Shown here: positions 36,616-51,800 of the stretch, piece after piece
How positions within the stretch are numbered: the stretch's first letter is position 1
Layout: every line of letters starts with the position of its first letter
Origin: Lama glama
Lineage: Eukaryota
Direction: 5' to 3'
DNA length: 64,000 nt
Assembly: GCA_028534125.1 (NCBI GenBank)
Contig: CM052817.1
Location: 33,482,001-33,546,000, forward strand
Program-made: the position numbers and the translations under genes
Notes under the pieces: generated by a model
Databases searched by the model: none
The model's input: the letters and a program-made list of their open reading frames with translations, nothing else
Told to the model about the DNA's origin: nothing

Positions 36616-39600
36616 ACATCTACCACAAATAATCCATCATCCAGTGCCATAGCTTTTTATTTTGTCCCATTGGGGCACATGACAGTTTGGTAGTTTTGAT
36701 CTAAGATCAGATGTTACTTGTTTACTTCTTTACTCCAGAAGGAAGAGGTTGAAAAGCCACTCAAAGGCATTGGTTTCCGTTCATTTATCTCCTTATTCAT
36801 TCAGTGTATATTTATTGAGCATCAATGTGCTGAGGCTTTTCTGAGTGAGGACTGTTGATTTGGATGGAGTCAGTAAGTCAAACATCCCCCTTAGATCACT
36901 AAGGGAAAAAATGCCCCCATCGTTTTGGAGCTAAATTCACAGATGAAAGATGATCTTTCTTTAACTGCATCAGAACCAACAGCACTCCCCTCAGCATAGG
37001 AAGAGCCTTCTGTTCTAGCCCCTGTCCCGGGGGCTCCATTCCAAGGAAAGTGGAACGGCTAGTCCCTGTGCCTCTGCTGAGTTACATGGCTAATGGCTTG
37101 CTCATTCTGAATAGCCTGGTGCTGGAATTTAGAAGGAATGTGTGTAGCACTCAATATGAAGCTCATTTTGGCTTCAGGGACTATTTTAATTAAATTAATT
37201 ATCTCTAGAAGAAACACTTAGAGCTGTTTAAGCCTGAACAATAGGTACTTGTTCTCATTCCTAATAGGAGCCGCATTGTGCAGCGTTCTCTTGGTGAGCT
37301 GAGCGCACTTCCACCACCAGATATTTAAGGCAGGCCCTCCCCTTTTGCTCCTTGCCCCCCTTCTCTTTTGCTCTCTCCTCACGCAGAGTGAAGGGGCTTT
37401 CAGAGAAGAGAGATGCAGAGCCTGCGAGATGTGCGTGTCTGGAATCTACGTAAATGTACTGCAGTGCTTCAGTGACTTTCCTAACTCATCTACTTCTTGC
37501 ACTTGGATGAGTCCCACTGCCTGGCTCTATGTGGTCTGCATTTCCAGGGAAAAGGATCCCATCCCCAGTGGTCCTTGTTGTTCCTCTAAAGGAATAGGTG
37601 TCACCACTTTTCTATTACATTCTCCCCTGTCCCATTTTCTTCTACTGTTCCACTGTTTTCAAGAACTCTAGGTTTTGTCTTTTAAAAAAAATAATGTATA
37701 CCCTGCCTCATTGCAAAAAAAAAAAAATTTTTTTTTCAGGCTCATTTGTTCTATTCTGTTTTTTAAAATTGCAGTCCATGGAAGTAGAGTTAGTCAGTAC
37801 AGTATCTCCCCTACCTCAGTCTCATCCTCTGCTTCTAACAGCTAGCCATGCCCCACAACCTTGTCACTAGGGCAGGAAGGGGTAGGGGGAGTCCCTGTAC
37901 CCTCAAAATTCACTCTTCTGAGCTGTGTATTATCTTTCAGGCTGTGCCACTCCTTTGTAGGAAAATCTTGATATTGCAGGCTTTAAAAAAAATTCTAATT
38001 AAAAGTGAGAACGTTTAAGGCCGTTCTGTGCTGTCTAAGCCCTCCTGTGGCTGTGGCTTCCCAAGCCCTCCCCGCTGAGCCTTCCCTCAGCAGAGCCATA
38101 AACGGCCTCTTGTTCAGTGTCTCTCCCACAGGCTGGTGGACACGGGGCACGGCACGCAGCAGAAGCCCTCAGGCAGTCACTACTGTGTCGACGATGGCAG
38201 CATTAAGTGTATAACGGCTAGATTTGCTGAAATAAATGTAAAATAACGACCAGAGCTTGTCAAGTTAGTTTCACATAATAATATTAGACAACTGGTGTTG
38301 GAAGATTTGGCCAAAGCCCAAGCCACAGCCTACACAGATCTCATCCAGCCTTAACCATCCAGAGTTGTTGTTCAGCAAGACTTGGTCAGCAGTATTAGTG
38401 GTGACTTCACTATTCTTGAACTAAAGTGGTAATAAATGGCACTCAGGATTATTTTAAATTTATGTTTGGTATATTCTAATTCATGGGCAAATAATAGAGA
38501 AAAGAAGGAAAAGGCTTATTTTATCTTTCTTGTTGTAATTAAAATCTCATGACTAATTGTTAGCATACGCCTCTCGCCATGACCCATTCCCAGTCTATTT
38601 AAGTAAAAACTACTGCATTGTTCTGAACACATAGTAAAATTCCAAAACTTTTCAAAATCATTTCTTTACAGACAGCAATCAAGTGAGTTGATCAATAGTA
38701 AATTACCAATTTTTAAAGGTTTCCTAACCTGCCTTGGTACCCTAACAATATTGACTAGAACAATATCCCCTTCTACAGCTAAGGAAGCAGAGACCTGGTG
38801 AAAATTAATAGCAAAAGTAAGCAACCCTAAACAGATTAGCTTGAGACAACCCTAAATTATGAACTGCTAAATAGGATTTTATCCCATGAGCTGTTTCCTA
38901 AGAGTAACTATCTTAGGACACAAAAGGATTTCCATATTTGAAAGCAAATTTTGACTAAGGGAAAAAAGATGTGGTAAATAAGAGTAGTAACCAGACTCTG
39001 CTTTCCACTTTCAAATGCTTAGTACTCACTGGGTACAAACACATCTTTATACAATAGGAAGAATGTTGTGTTTTCAATGACTAAGTTTCACTGTTTCACT
39101 CACTTACAAAAAAAAAAAAATTTAACAATTTAGAGAAAGATTAAGATTATTCTGTGGCTGGAAAAGAGCACTGCACTCTTGGGACCATCCTCTAAACTGC
39201 TTTGGACAAACACAAAAAGGATAGAAATGTTCATGCTGCTTTTTCTGTGTTTTTCCTCATAGGATCATAAAATCATGGCCTATGAGAGATTTACGTGTTT
39301 TCAAAGGAGACTCAAGCCTTTGTCTCATCTCTCTTCACATCACATAATAGTCTATTACCTTTTATCAGCCATATCAGGAAAGCACACTTGCTTATTTAAG
39401 TCAAGGGTCAAGCCAAAAGCTCCAGCGTGTGGGAGATTTCTAAGACAGTGTCTCTGTTTCCTGTTTTGGGCTACACTGATAATTTACTGATGCGCTTCCT
39501 CACTGATGTTTATTCAAAGATACTGTCATCCTTCTTTTCATTCTGGAGGAGTTTAGGGACTTTCATTTATTTATTTATTTTTTTAAGAGCGGCTGGTGTA

Positions 39601-39734
39601 GGTGAAAGCTTCTCAAGGTAAGAAATGAGGCGATGAAGCCAGGAACACCCAGAGCCGTGGGAGAAGCAAGGAGCATTCCCCTAGGGTCAGCGCTGTGGGG
39701 GTGAAATTAGTTTCCTATTAAGAAAAATACATAT

Positions 39735-41050
39735 ATTTATTCAACAAATATTTATGGAGCACTTAATTATGTGTCAGGCAATGTTCTTCGTGCTGGGAAT
39801 ACAGTAGTAAGGTCCCCAATTTCATGGGGGTGATACCCTCATAGAAGACATACCAAACGACAAAAACATGACCAGGGTCAATGCAGACAGTGAAAAGTAT
39901 AACCAAGAGAATGAAGCAGGACACTGACAGGCAGCAGTGCTAATTCAGACTGGAGATCAGGTGGGGAAAGGTTTCACTGAAGGAGCGACATGTGTGATGA
40001 AACCTGAGTGACAGAAGCTAGTCATTCCAGGCAGAGGCAACACTGAACCAAAGGCCCCAAGGGAGGACTACCCTTCACCTTTTCGGGTACGACCATTCAG
40101 CCGGACTGCAGTGGGTGAGCGTGGGTGCTGGGTGGTAGGAAATGTCAAGAGGTGGGCGAGAGCCAGATCAGGTAGGAAGCTGAAGAATAGCTGAGAGGCT
40201 GTCGCAATAATTCAGATAAGAACCAACAGAAGATGATGTATTTTTGAGGTAGAGACGGGGAGTATGGGAAATGGAGGGGAAAGGACAAATCCTGGGTTTT
40301 TTGTCTTGAGTATCTCAGTGTAAGGAGATGCCATATACTGAGGTGAGGAAGAATGAAGAACATTTTTCACAGGGAGAAAACCAAGAGTCCTGGTTTGGCC
40401 ATTTTAAGTGTGAAATGCCTATTTGTTATTTAAGTAGAGAAGTTGGCATCCAGATATCTAAATTTATAGCTCAATGGAAAGCTCAGAGCTGGCAATATAA
40501 ATTTGCATGCAGATGGTACTAGAGGAGACTGAGTAGAAGAAAAGAGCTGAAGTCAAGTCCTAGACCTGAGCCCTGGAGCACTCCAACATTCAAGGGTGAA
40601 GAGGAGGAGCTTGGGCCAATGGATGGAGCAAGCAGCAAGGAGCAAGAAACTGGGAGCAAGCCGACAGGGAAGTCAAGAAAAGGTGGTGTATGAAGAAGAT
40701 GCAGTGATCAACTAACTAAATGCTTCAGAGCAACAGAGGAGTGATGACTAGTTTGGCAAAGTGGAGGTGTTTGGTAATCTTGACAAGAGCAGTTTCAGGG
40801 GAGTGGGTAACCAAAACCTAGTTAGGGTCAGTAGAGGTAAGCTGAAATGTGAGGAAGCTTTTGAGAAGATTTCTGTGAGGTGTGAGAGACTTGGCAGAAG
40901 GGGATGTGAGGTCCAGGGACGGTTTTATTTCATTGAAAGACGGGAGGCAGAGAGAATGTTTGCATGCTGATGGAAAGATCCAGTAGAAAGAGAAAGCTGG
41001 TGCTGGACATTTGAAGTGGGAACTCAAGGTATGACAAATTACCTTGGGAG
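39735..41050 (-). mobile_element. Decayed L2 LINE
   Basis: tattcaacaaatatttatggagcac...tgtgtcaggca; cattccaggcagagg; ctgagccctggagcactccaacatt; cttgacaagagcagtttc. Confidence 0.8.
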
Positions 41051-42169
41051 AGTAAGAGAACAAGCGTATCTGTGAAGTATGGTAAGATCTTTGGGTAGTA
41101 CATATTTGACATTTGTGGTAATGAATTGAAAATGAAATTAGCACTGGTTGTAGATTTTTCTCCAGTCCCATTCAGCTGTTAGGTGCAAGCACAGAGTAGT
41201 TTAAAATAAGTTGAGATGCAGGGGACTACGAGAGAGGGAGAGTGGCTGAAGAAGTGGATGTCATTACAAAGCAGCAATTGCTAATGACAGCTTTGATAAG
41301 TTCAATTCCCAGCCCAATACAAGCTGAGTGTTTATTAAATGATGAATGACACAGGTCTGGAATCGAGCTTTATTTATCAGTTCCTAGAAGAGCAAGTTAC
41401 TTATCTTCCGCTTAAGTCGAAGTTTCCTTTGCAGAATAGAGAAACCAAATTTTATGTCCAGAATTTCATTGTAACTTTTGTTAACATGCCTAAAATAGTA
41501 CCTGGCTGAGTGACCACTCAGTGTATGCCAGTTTCAGTTCTGCTTCCCAAGCACAATTTCTTTTCTCTTCCTCTTTCAGTTACTCAAAAACAATTTCTTC
41601 AACACTTACTCTGCCAGACACTGCACTTAGTGCTAGAGAGAAAACGACAAGGCTAACAGGTTTCGTGGTATATCAGGGAACATAGCTACTATACAAACAA
41701 GTAGTCTACCTAAATATTTAAGTTCAGTCATGAGAAACACTATACAGGTTGGTTGACCAGTGTTATACTCACATAAAATGAAGATGTTAGAATGATTAGA
41801 CTTTTAAATTTGTAAACTTTTGTAAAAATGTTTGACAAATCTGTTTTTATAAGTTCAACGTTCTGATATATCCTTTTTTGAGCTTGAAAAATACTAACTC
41901 AAAGTAAAAATCTAAAACATAAGAAAAATCTCCTCACATAGAAAAGGAGTGAGAAGGTACAGGCCAATAGGGTAGGTCAAAAAAAAAAAAGACCAAACTG
42001 TCCTTTAAACTAGGGTTGGAATACATTTGAGAGTTGGGTTCAATAGTATAATTCCTTAGGAAATATTTTTTAAGCTTTAAGTTTACGACAGGCATTGTGC
42101 TAAGTGGTGAGAAGAGAAAAGCAGCTCCTGGCATCTGGGAACTGGCTTGTTACTATCAGTTAGGTCTTG

Positions 42170-42671
42170 GTGTTCTCTTGTTGAACATAAATTTAATCTT
42201 ACAGAACACCAACATCAGGCAAGGTCACTCTGCTACCCTGATGATGTAAGACAAACAAACAAGCCCTCTTTATAATTTTGTCTAAGTACAGTTAAAAACA
42301 AAGTCACAGTGCAAAGCACAAAATACCAAACACCCCCACCCCCACCTAACACTAGGTGACTGATGCTGCTTTACCAGTTTCAGCTTTAACTTCCCTTTGT
42401 TCTTCCCATCCTTCTAAACAAGATCCAATAAGATACCCAATCATAAAATTACCCCACCTCTTGAGAGTATGCAATTCAGAGCAAATTCTTGCTTCCTTGA
42501 ACTTTTCCAAATCACCCAACAATAGCCCAAATCCTATTAGGCCTTTTCAGCATCCTCTCATTTGAAATACCTCCACCAATACCCCACTGTGTTAGTTCCA
42601 ACAAGTAATAAACCCAATTTTGTTCAACTCCTCCTGTGTTCCTGATAGTCTTAGGTTGGGTAGCATTGCCA
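42170..42671 (+). mobile_element. ERV1-class solo LTR (MER89/MER90-like)
   Basis: cagaacaccaacatcaggcaaggtcactc...; LTR-type poly(A) region gtaataaacccaattttgttcaact...; ends gcattgcca. Confidence 0.6.
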
Positions 42672-42689
42672 GTAGAATATACACGTTAC

Positions 42690-42845
42690 GTTATTTAATC
42701 CTCACAGCAATTTCTGGAAACAGGCGCTATTATAAATGTATTTTACAAATGAGAATACAGGCACAGAACTGTTGAGTAACATTTGCAAGGTCACACAGCT
42801 AGAAAGTGGCAAAGCTAGAATTAGAGTCCAGGCTTGACTCCAGAG
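42690..42845 (-). mobile_element. MIR SINE
   Basis: atttaatcctcacagcaa...ttttacaaatgag...aaggtcacacagctagaaagtggc. Confidence 0.8.
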
Positions 42846-45800
42846 ATTCCTTGATAATGTCCCAGATAATTATCCAGAATTGTTAGAAGGATAATCTTTC
42901 AGTTAAACAAAGGTCAAAACTTTTTTCTACACCTCCATTCCTTCCATCTTACCTATTATTTGGTCTTATTGCTAAAAGAATGAGTTCTTCAGTGAGAGAT
43001 ATGATCAAGTCCACTTACCTTCTAAACATCCTTTTAATAGCTTCAGGTTAGAGTTAACATGTCAGCATGATACACATGTCCCTTCTCCCTTTTCTGGCCT
43101 TATCTCTTGATGTTTCCCCATAATTTATTAATTTAAGAGATAATTAATATGTACCAGATAATCTTTCCCTACTTTCCAGTCATGCAGAACCCTTTATCAA
43201 ATGCAACATATTTATAGCTCTCTCTGCCTCTGCACTTGTACATTTTCAACTGGTCCTTCTAAATCACCTTGCCTATCCCCTCTGAGGACTTCATTGACCT
43301 TCTCATCCAATACAGAATTTACTGCTCATTTGTAGCTCCACCGCCCCATGTAATTCCTTTGATTATTGGCACCTATTATACATTACATGTTTATTCCTCC
43401 AGCCTCAACTCTTCAGAAGTGAAGGGATGTTATTTCCCTTGCTATCCTTTACACTTGGCACAATGCCTGTAAATGGGTCAAGCTTAACACATATTTCATA
43501 AAGCCTTCCCTCACCAAACCAGTTTACAGTATGGCTCTAAGGAGAAAAAGTCTAATATCTTCAATTTCATTAGTAACATTTTTCACTCTGTTACCTGGTA
43601 CTCATCTACATTAAAGATTTAGTAATCTATGCATTAGCCATGATGGTGGACAATTGGTATTCAGACTATTTCCCTAAAATCTATTGTGCATTGGAAGATA
43701 ACTTATTAACCAGATTATTTTTCTCATCCAGGAATAGAAGTTCAACAGGTCTTTACATTATAGAAGTGTCACCCTTTGGAACTAAACTATCATGCGTTTT
43801 TTAAGGAAGTCTTCCTCTGCTATTCCAGGCCACTGTTTGCATGATTTGAGGAGACAGTCCAGTAATAAACCTCTCTGATAACTAATAGGAAAATAAATAT
43901 TAATAACAAAACCAAAACCCAAACAACTCAAAATAGAATGATTATTTTGTGGAAGCAAACTGAATAGAAACTAACTACTACTCTCTACTGTACTTTCTGA
44001 ATTGATGCAAAAAATTTGATAGAAGTATTTTTTAAAGCTAAAAATGTAATTGTTAGAAGTAACAAAATAAAGTCATAGAGTTAGTGTGAAATAATTAAGG
44101 GGCAACTTATTTATCTACTTAAATGTAATGGACACTCCTATAAAAAAGTATATTTATAGGGCAGCTTTTAAAAGTAGATTTAAAAAATAGAGATGGATTA
44201 CTTTTGTGTTTCAGGAAAAAGAACTAGCTAATCATCTATTTCAAAATTGTTAAGAATAAGATTGGGGTCAAAACACATGCTTAAAGTGGCACTAAAATGA
44301 CAATAACTTTTTAAAATTTGTTTCCCCTTCCTCTTTTTGAGAAAGCGGTATCTTTGAAAGGTAATTTGCTCCAAGAGTAAACTCTATCTTGTTTGAAATA
44401 TGTTTAACATTCTTTTTATTTCTATAGAATAATTAAAACAAACTTAATTACATCTAGCAGTTTCAGAAAGTTCAAAGCCTTAAACTGTCTTTTGTTGAAT
44501 AATGCAAAATAACCCTTTTGTCAAAACAAACATAAAACTTAAATTCTGAAATCTAAATGTTATTTCAAGGCAGGACTAACACTGACTTTCTATCTCTGGC
44601 CAATATTTTGAATTACTTAAAAAATCATTTTTCTTTTATTTTTCTTATTTTAAATTATTTAAATATTATCCCAATTGATCTTACTTTAAAAAAAATTTTA
44701 AAAAGCATAAACAAATTTTAACATACTATTTAAGTCTCTAGGTTTCAACAATGCCAGCTCCTGTACTTCATCTTCCTACGTAATTAAAAACATTCTCCAA
44801 CTGATTTTGAATGATTTGATCAACTTCATTTGTGATCTTGATATAAATTCATTCCAAGAATGCAATTTTGATGAGTAAATCAGGGCAGTTTAATAGAGGA
44901 ACAAAGGAGATAACCAAGAAATTATTCATGTTTACCTTTCATGTTTGAAAATGTGGCATTTAAGAATTGTAGCAGATTTGAAGCATAGTTATGTGCTGGA
45001 AGAAGACAGTGTAAGAAAGACAACTGTCAGAGTTCAGTAATCCTGCAACATCAGTATTGTTCACTAATGCTGCTTCCTCATGAGAACTTCAAAATTAAGT
45101 TTCTGACAGTGCTCCAGACATTCAGTAAAAGAAAAAGCACATTCATAAAGTATTAAACATTCTGTAATTTTTAATGTATACTTTAATTTTCCTTTATAAA
45201 AATAGCTAATTTTTTTAAAAGTTGCTAAAATTTCAAACTGTACAAGAACAAGTTCTTAACTGAGAGATTCTGATCAAAAACCTTTCAGTCATTAAAAAAA
45301 AATTTTTATATGCTGTAACTTCCTGCAGTTGAAAGACTTAATACTCATGATATACTTACTTTACTCCCAGAAAATATCTTCTTCAATCATGGCCTAAAGC
45401 CATAATATCATTATTATTGATGCCAGTAACAAAAAGTAAGGCCTTTCCTGTCATTTTTTCAGGCACCTGCTTATCAAATACCCTCAACCGGCAGCCTGCT
45501 GGACAGAGCTCCCTTAAGCACATAGTTCTTAGTTCCAACATTTCATTACATAGTCAGTCACTGTTTCCTCTACAACCCTTTTAGATTCTGAGTAATTTCA
45601 CAGAACTTCCTAAAGTATAACATATTTGAAAGAATGGCAAACTAGAGTTGAATAATTGTATCTTAGTCTAGTGAATGTTAATCATCAGATATTACAGTCT
45701 CATGTTGTCATTCACTATCAAGACAGTTGACTTCTGTCCATGTGGATGCAGAACTAGAATGGCAAGTCTGCGGAGAACTAGTTTACCACACAGCTGAGCA

Positions 45801-48800
45801 ATGATGCTCAAAGTACCCTTCATTATCCGGAAGCATTTATTACATAAGGGAACATTACATAGAGTTTGTGTGCATAGATCCACAGATAACATTAAGTACA
45901 GTTCACTGAAATTAATGTTACTACACAGTACAGTTAGCTTACACTTTAAAATAAAAAGGGAAATTAATGGTAAGGAAACAGAATATAGTTAGCATTACAT
46001 TATTCACCATTTGCTTGGAAAATGCAATGAGAACACACACACGCAAATTGGTATTTGTAGACCTGCCTTTGTAATTTAAAATTTTAATGAAATGTAAATT
46101 TTTTCTGTACAAAATTCATGAATGTTCATCTCTAGGCTGCATTGTGTCCAACCTTGTTGGAGTCCTTTTTCAATTTTCTTAGTACCAAAAGTCCCTCATT
46201 GTCCATTTCTCTTCCATCTCACCACCACCAAAGAAAATACATTTGACAATCACAATCAGAATGGTGTCAGTAAAACATAAAATAATTTTAATTTAGAAAA
46301 CACACCCCTTGCTTTTTTTTTTTTTTTTTTTGGTAACAAAATCAAGTTTTTGGGTTCCAAGCTATTCATTAGGAAGAGAATGTGTTTAATCTGATGTGAA
46401 GTTGGCTACCCAGCAGTCTAGTCAGACTGGAGAATGTTTAACTCTGGGTCTGGTATGCTGCCAGCCATTCTAAATGTTTTCACATGCACCAGCAATAAAT
46501 AATTAAATGTTTAAGTCACAGTTCTCAGGTTGGGCAATAGATAGAGCTAAAATTTTATCACTTAGAGAGAAGGAATTTGGTGGGTTTTTTTGGGCTTTAT
46601 TTCCCCCTTTGTTTTTTTTTGGTTTTGCTTTGTTTTTGTTTTGTTTTGTTTCAACAATTTGCCTTTAGGTGTTCAAGGCATAGATGATAGTCTTTCAGTT
46701 GCAAAGAATCAATTTTGATAATGCTTTCTGGACTTCAAATGATAACTTTTAGGAGTTTTTTTTAACACCTATATTTGCAAAAAGGAAAATTCTATTTATA
46801 GTATTTACTGCAGGAAAGACCCCCACATGAGCTCTATCACTAACAATCCATGAACATAGATAAATGACAGAGTCCATTATAAGGTTACAATAGGAAGGGA
46901 CAATGTCACCATAATTGAGAAAAAAATTTCAAAATATATATGCTCTCCTTCCCTCTCCTCCCAATTCTAATGGGGGGAGAGTACAGCCAAGTGTATTTGA
47001 AAAAAACCAAAAAACAAAAAACTCCCCAGGATTTCAAGGCACATTCCCACTGGGCACCATTGGGGTTTCTTTCAGCTCGGAGATTCTACCTTTTTAAAAA
47101 TGGATGGAGGGTATATGGCTAAAGGGCAAGACTTAGTGCTGACAGAACTGGAAAAGAAGACAGAGCTTTCCTACACACACTTTCTGCAAAGCTCTTTCCT
47201 GGTGCAGCCTAACTGTTGATGCTTTTGATAGCATTTAAATACCATGTATTTATAAATCACCTAACTAATCTTTGCTCTAAGCAGTAGATAGAAGAAATAC
47301 TGGTCAGACAATCTGGGCAGAATGGTTGATCTCTCACACTTGCATTCTTTTACAAAAATACCTTCCAGCAGGTATAGTATGTTACAAACAGAAGACTATA
47401 AACAGCTGAATCTTCAGAGTTCATAAATCTTAAGAATACCTCTGATAAATTTTACCTGTCTTTGGAAAATAATTTCATGAGTTTTTGTTACATGTTTAAT
47501 GCTCAGAATAAAGCTATATCACTTGTTTTATGTACATGAACGGAATAGGTTTGCCTACCTCTTCAGGTTAAGCTTTCTAAGCATAAGTTTAAAGTAATTT
47601 AAAAGTCAGTTTCAATAGGTTAATTCCAATTTGAAAAAAAAATGCTCTCAATACATAGCATAAAAATATTAGTATATGTCTCATTACCTTTTACCTATAA
47701 TACAATACTTAAATTTAAGATTATACCATGGTAGAATGGTATCATTAACATAGAAATCATTGACAAATACAGCCAAAAATACCAGGTCAAAAATACAAAT
47801 TCACCCTGTATTTTCTGACTTTAGTCTTTAAAGCTCCAGTTAATTAATTTTAAATGCTTTTTAAAATTACAGGAGAAAAAAACAAGTACAAATGTACCAA
47901 GATTTTGGGATGTAAGATAAAAATTCTTTCCATATTTAGTCTGGAAATTGGGATCTTAACCATGAAGCACAATACCTGCTGAGCATCTTTGGGAGAAAAA
48001 TCTACTGACAAGAACTATAAATAAAGGAATTAAAGATTCCACTTTCAGATGTTTTTATAAATTTCATATTTCCCACTGCTAGCAAAATGCCTCTTCAATT
48101 TATGCTTCTTGCCCAGATCATACAACATTAAAGGACTGATAATTTAGACTTTTATTTTGCTGAAGTTATTAATAAATTATTTTGACAGAAACAGCCATTT
48201 TTCATCTCTGAATAATGCAGGCTTCTTCTTTTAACACTTGAGATGCTTCCCTTGTGATCAGTTTTTAATTTCCCCAAACTTGTGTAGTAATTTTTTTCAT
48301 AGTTTCTAGTATATTATTTTTGACATTTCTAATTTAAAATGTCTAAAAATTCTTCAGACTGTATCAGTGCAGTATTTTTGCTTTGATTTAAAAACAAACA
48401 TAACAAAACTATAAGCCTGTTTGATCAATGTAAACCACTAAAGGGATATGACTGTGCCACAAATATATCCTTTAGTACCTTCAGATACTATAATGTAAGT
48501 AAATCACTTCACTGATTCAAGACATGTCAAGTTGGATTCTCCTTCCATTCACAGCAGAACATCTGAGGGCATTTTTTTTTTTTTTTAAAGTAAGATGACA
48601 GTGTCTGGAGTCTTGAATATGATACAAAGTAAGGAGCATATAGGTAAAACCTTCCATTTCATCGAGTTAACATCTTCCACATCTAGAGACATACAAACAA
48701 TATTTGAATATGCTAGTCCTTACAATCATCCATAGGGTGCCCTTTAAGGACAACTTAAGGTCATAAGCTATAGAAAGTCTAGCCTCAGTCATGCTCTAGA

Positions 48801-51800
48801 AAGCACTCAAAAAGAGATTTAGGGGTGAGAGAGAACCATCTCTTTGCCACTTCAGAAGAGTTTCACACTTTGTAAAATGGCCCTATATTAGTCAATGAGG
48901 TAATCTATGGTATGCCAGACTGGGCTCCAAAAAGTGGGTGGTCTTTGCAGAGGGAGGTGCTCACTCACTCTACCTCTGGCCAGAGCCAGTTCCTGCAGCT
49001 GGACCGAAGACAGCCCACAGACTACACTCGGCACATTTCTTCATTTCTCACTTGAGTGCCCTTCTTTAGTTTCCTTTCAACTGCCCACTTTATATCGGCT
49101 TCATTACACCACCGCTCCATTTGTAATGTAAATTGGAAAACTCGGGGAAGTTTTTCTTTTGGCCTTGTCTACGGAAGAATACGGAGAGGTATTCAAAACG
49201 TATTAACACAAATCAATGGCACCAATAAAAGCAAAATCTCCTTAGCAACATAATCTTGATTGCAAAAGGAGAACTGAGAGCATTTAGCAGAACAGTGGCC
49301 CACATGGAATACGCATTTGTCTGGAAGAATCCAGCACAAAGCCTAAAAGAGAGATTTTGAAAAAATCCAAAATTAACTCACAGGAACAGTTACTCTTTTT
49401 TTCAAAAGTACACAATTGGTAACATTAAATCTATCGTGTGCTTTTGGCTCAGCAACATTGTATCACACTGCTTTGCAAACTGAAATTACAACACCCTGCA
49501 TGCTTCACATGAGTTACAGGGTGTTTTTTGTTTGTTTTGTTTTTTGGGTTTTTTTTTTTCCTTCGTTGATTTCTTTAGTAAAGCAAACAAAAAAGTCTTA
49601 AGAAATATTCATCTCACACACAATGTAAAGAAACCTGAATGGCCATCGAACAATATCTAAGACTGTAGGTACAAAAGGTTGGACTATCTTTGGGCTTTCT
49701 GTGATGGATCCTACGATAATAACTTCTACAAGCAGTAATGGCATTTTTGCTTAGGTTTCCAACTGTGGAAAGGGAAACTTAATATACTTCTGAGAACTCT
49801 CACATTTTTCTTGTCAGGATGAAAAAAAAAGTGAATAAAAGAATAGAAATTCAGAAAATAAATCAATCCTTTTAAAACTACAATACTGAGATGATTCAAG
49901 GAAACAAAAATAATCCACGAACACAAATTTCCCTCTTAGTTTTTAAATGTTTTGAATAGAATCAATTGTCATTTTGTACTTTCACTAAAACAATCCAGGT
50001 GATGGAGTATAAACGCATCTTTACTGCCTACTGCAAAAAGATATCTTAGTGAACTGAGTTACAATTACTTTATTTTAGAATTATGTGTATGTATACATGC
50101 ACATACATTTTTCCATATATATGGAACTACTTTTTAAAGGTTTGCACTAGAATCTGGGTCAATCAAGTAAAATGAAAAAAAAAAGTTTATATGATAGTCA
50201 TTTCATACAATGCAATAGATAAAGTTCAGCTAAATACTGCTAAATATGTGTATTTGCAGGAATCATGATTAGAATTATTTCTGTTTCCTCCTGAAAACTT
50301 AAAAACCAATGCTAAGCCTAAATAGGATAATCAAGAACTCTATGTAATATAGCTCTACTGGCTTTTTAAATTTAGGGAAAACTTAAGATCTCTAGAGCGA
50401 AAAAAGGTAGTATGTAAGTTGTATTTTTTCCTCTTCTTTTTTCTAACTATAAAGTGAGTTCATGAACACAATAATATAAAATTTTCTTTAATAAGTGTAT
50501 TGCTTATAGCTCCTAAACTCATATTTATAATGTCAGATGTTTTATTCCCAGAAATTTGTACAGGCCATGTTTATAGAAGAAATATGTGTGTGTTCATTCA
50601 CATGGTCATTTCAATAGATGTGATTAAGTTTGGTCAATTTCCTTTAAACTGATTTGATTTCTAAATTCCAGACTCCCTTTTCCAATGTCACCTAAATTAG
50701 CTTAAAAGTTTACTTAACATATTATAGTCTTTAGAGACCAAATGCTGAGAATTAGCTCGTATTTCGGTTTTGAGCATAGAATCATGTGCTGAAGGCCTGT
50801 GTTACAACAGAGTAACAATAAAAACTCAACTAGGCAAAGCAACAAAAACTCAACTAGATAAAGCAAAATTAAAAAAAAAATCCCCTAGCTCCATTTGTTT
50901 ACTGGAAAAACCATGTCAAAGAAGACTTAATTTTATAAGACTAAATAAATATACTGCAACCAACAATGGACAAAAAGCCACCTTAAATACATATTTTTTC
51001 ATAACTATAAAGGCAAACAAATTTTTATCTAACCAAAGGGAAAATCTCATCTTAACAAAAACATGGTACTTGTTTGGCAATGGCTTTAATTTCTTAATAA
51101 TGAAAGAAAAATATAATACATACCTTTAAAATTCAACTGTGTATTTTACCTAAATTACTTCCATTTTTCTGGATTGAATTAAATTTATTTACATAACAAA
51201 CACTTATTGGATATCTGCTATGTGCCAGGTCCTGAGATGGTGCAACTTTCATTTTTTAATGTTAGCAGACTTACCTAGATGTAATTAGAATTATCTGAAA
51301 GTATGATTAATAGGGACCCTGATCTTGGGTCTGCATAATTGCTCATCCATCAGAAATTTCTGATGAATTACTTTATTTGAAAACTACTTCATGCTCATCA
51401 AAGACATAGGAACAAATTCCTAAAATCCTTTATTTGGTACTTTTCAGATTGTTTAATTATCACACTTAAAACTATAAAAGATAAATCAAAGAATACTGTA
51501 TGCAATGTGGTCTCTTTTATTATCTTCTCAAAAGGACATGATAGAAGAAGAAAACTCTAGAGTAATATTTTGCTTTAAAAAATAATTTCTATCGTAATAC
51601 ATAAAGAATGCATAAAAGGAAGTATAAAGCCACGTGCAATTCCTGGCCATTGCATAACTTTCACCTTTGTAAATCAAAGTGTAGGGCAGCAATGCAGTTA
51701 TTTCTCTAAGCCAGCATGTTACTTTCAGTCATGTCTACCGTGCTTCCACTGCCACTGGAATGCTTAACTTTCCTGAGAGGGCAAAATGTTATAGCGCTAA

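Noticed and set aside
44740..44900. Minus-strand peptide SQMKLIKS, faintly like a hAT transposase dimerisation motif
   Set aside because: The match is too short and is interrupted by stops. It cannot be supported without a TBLASTN/Dfam search.
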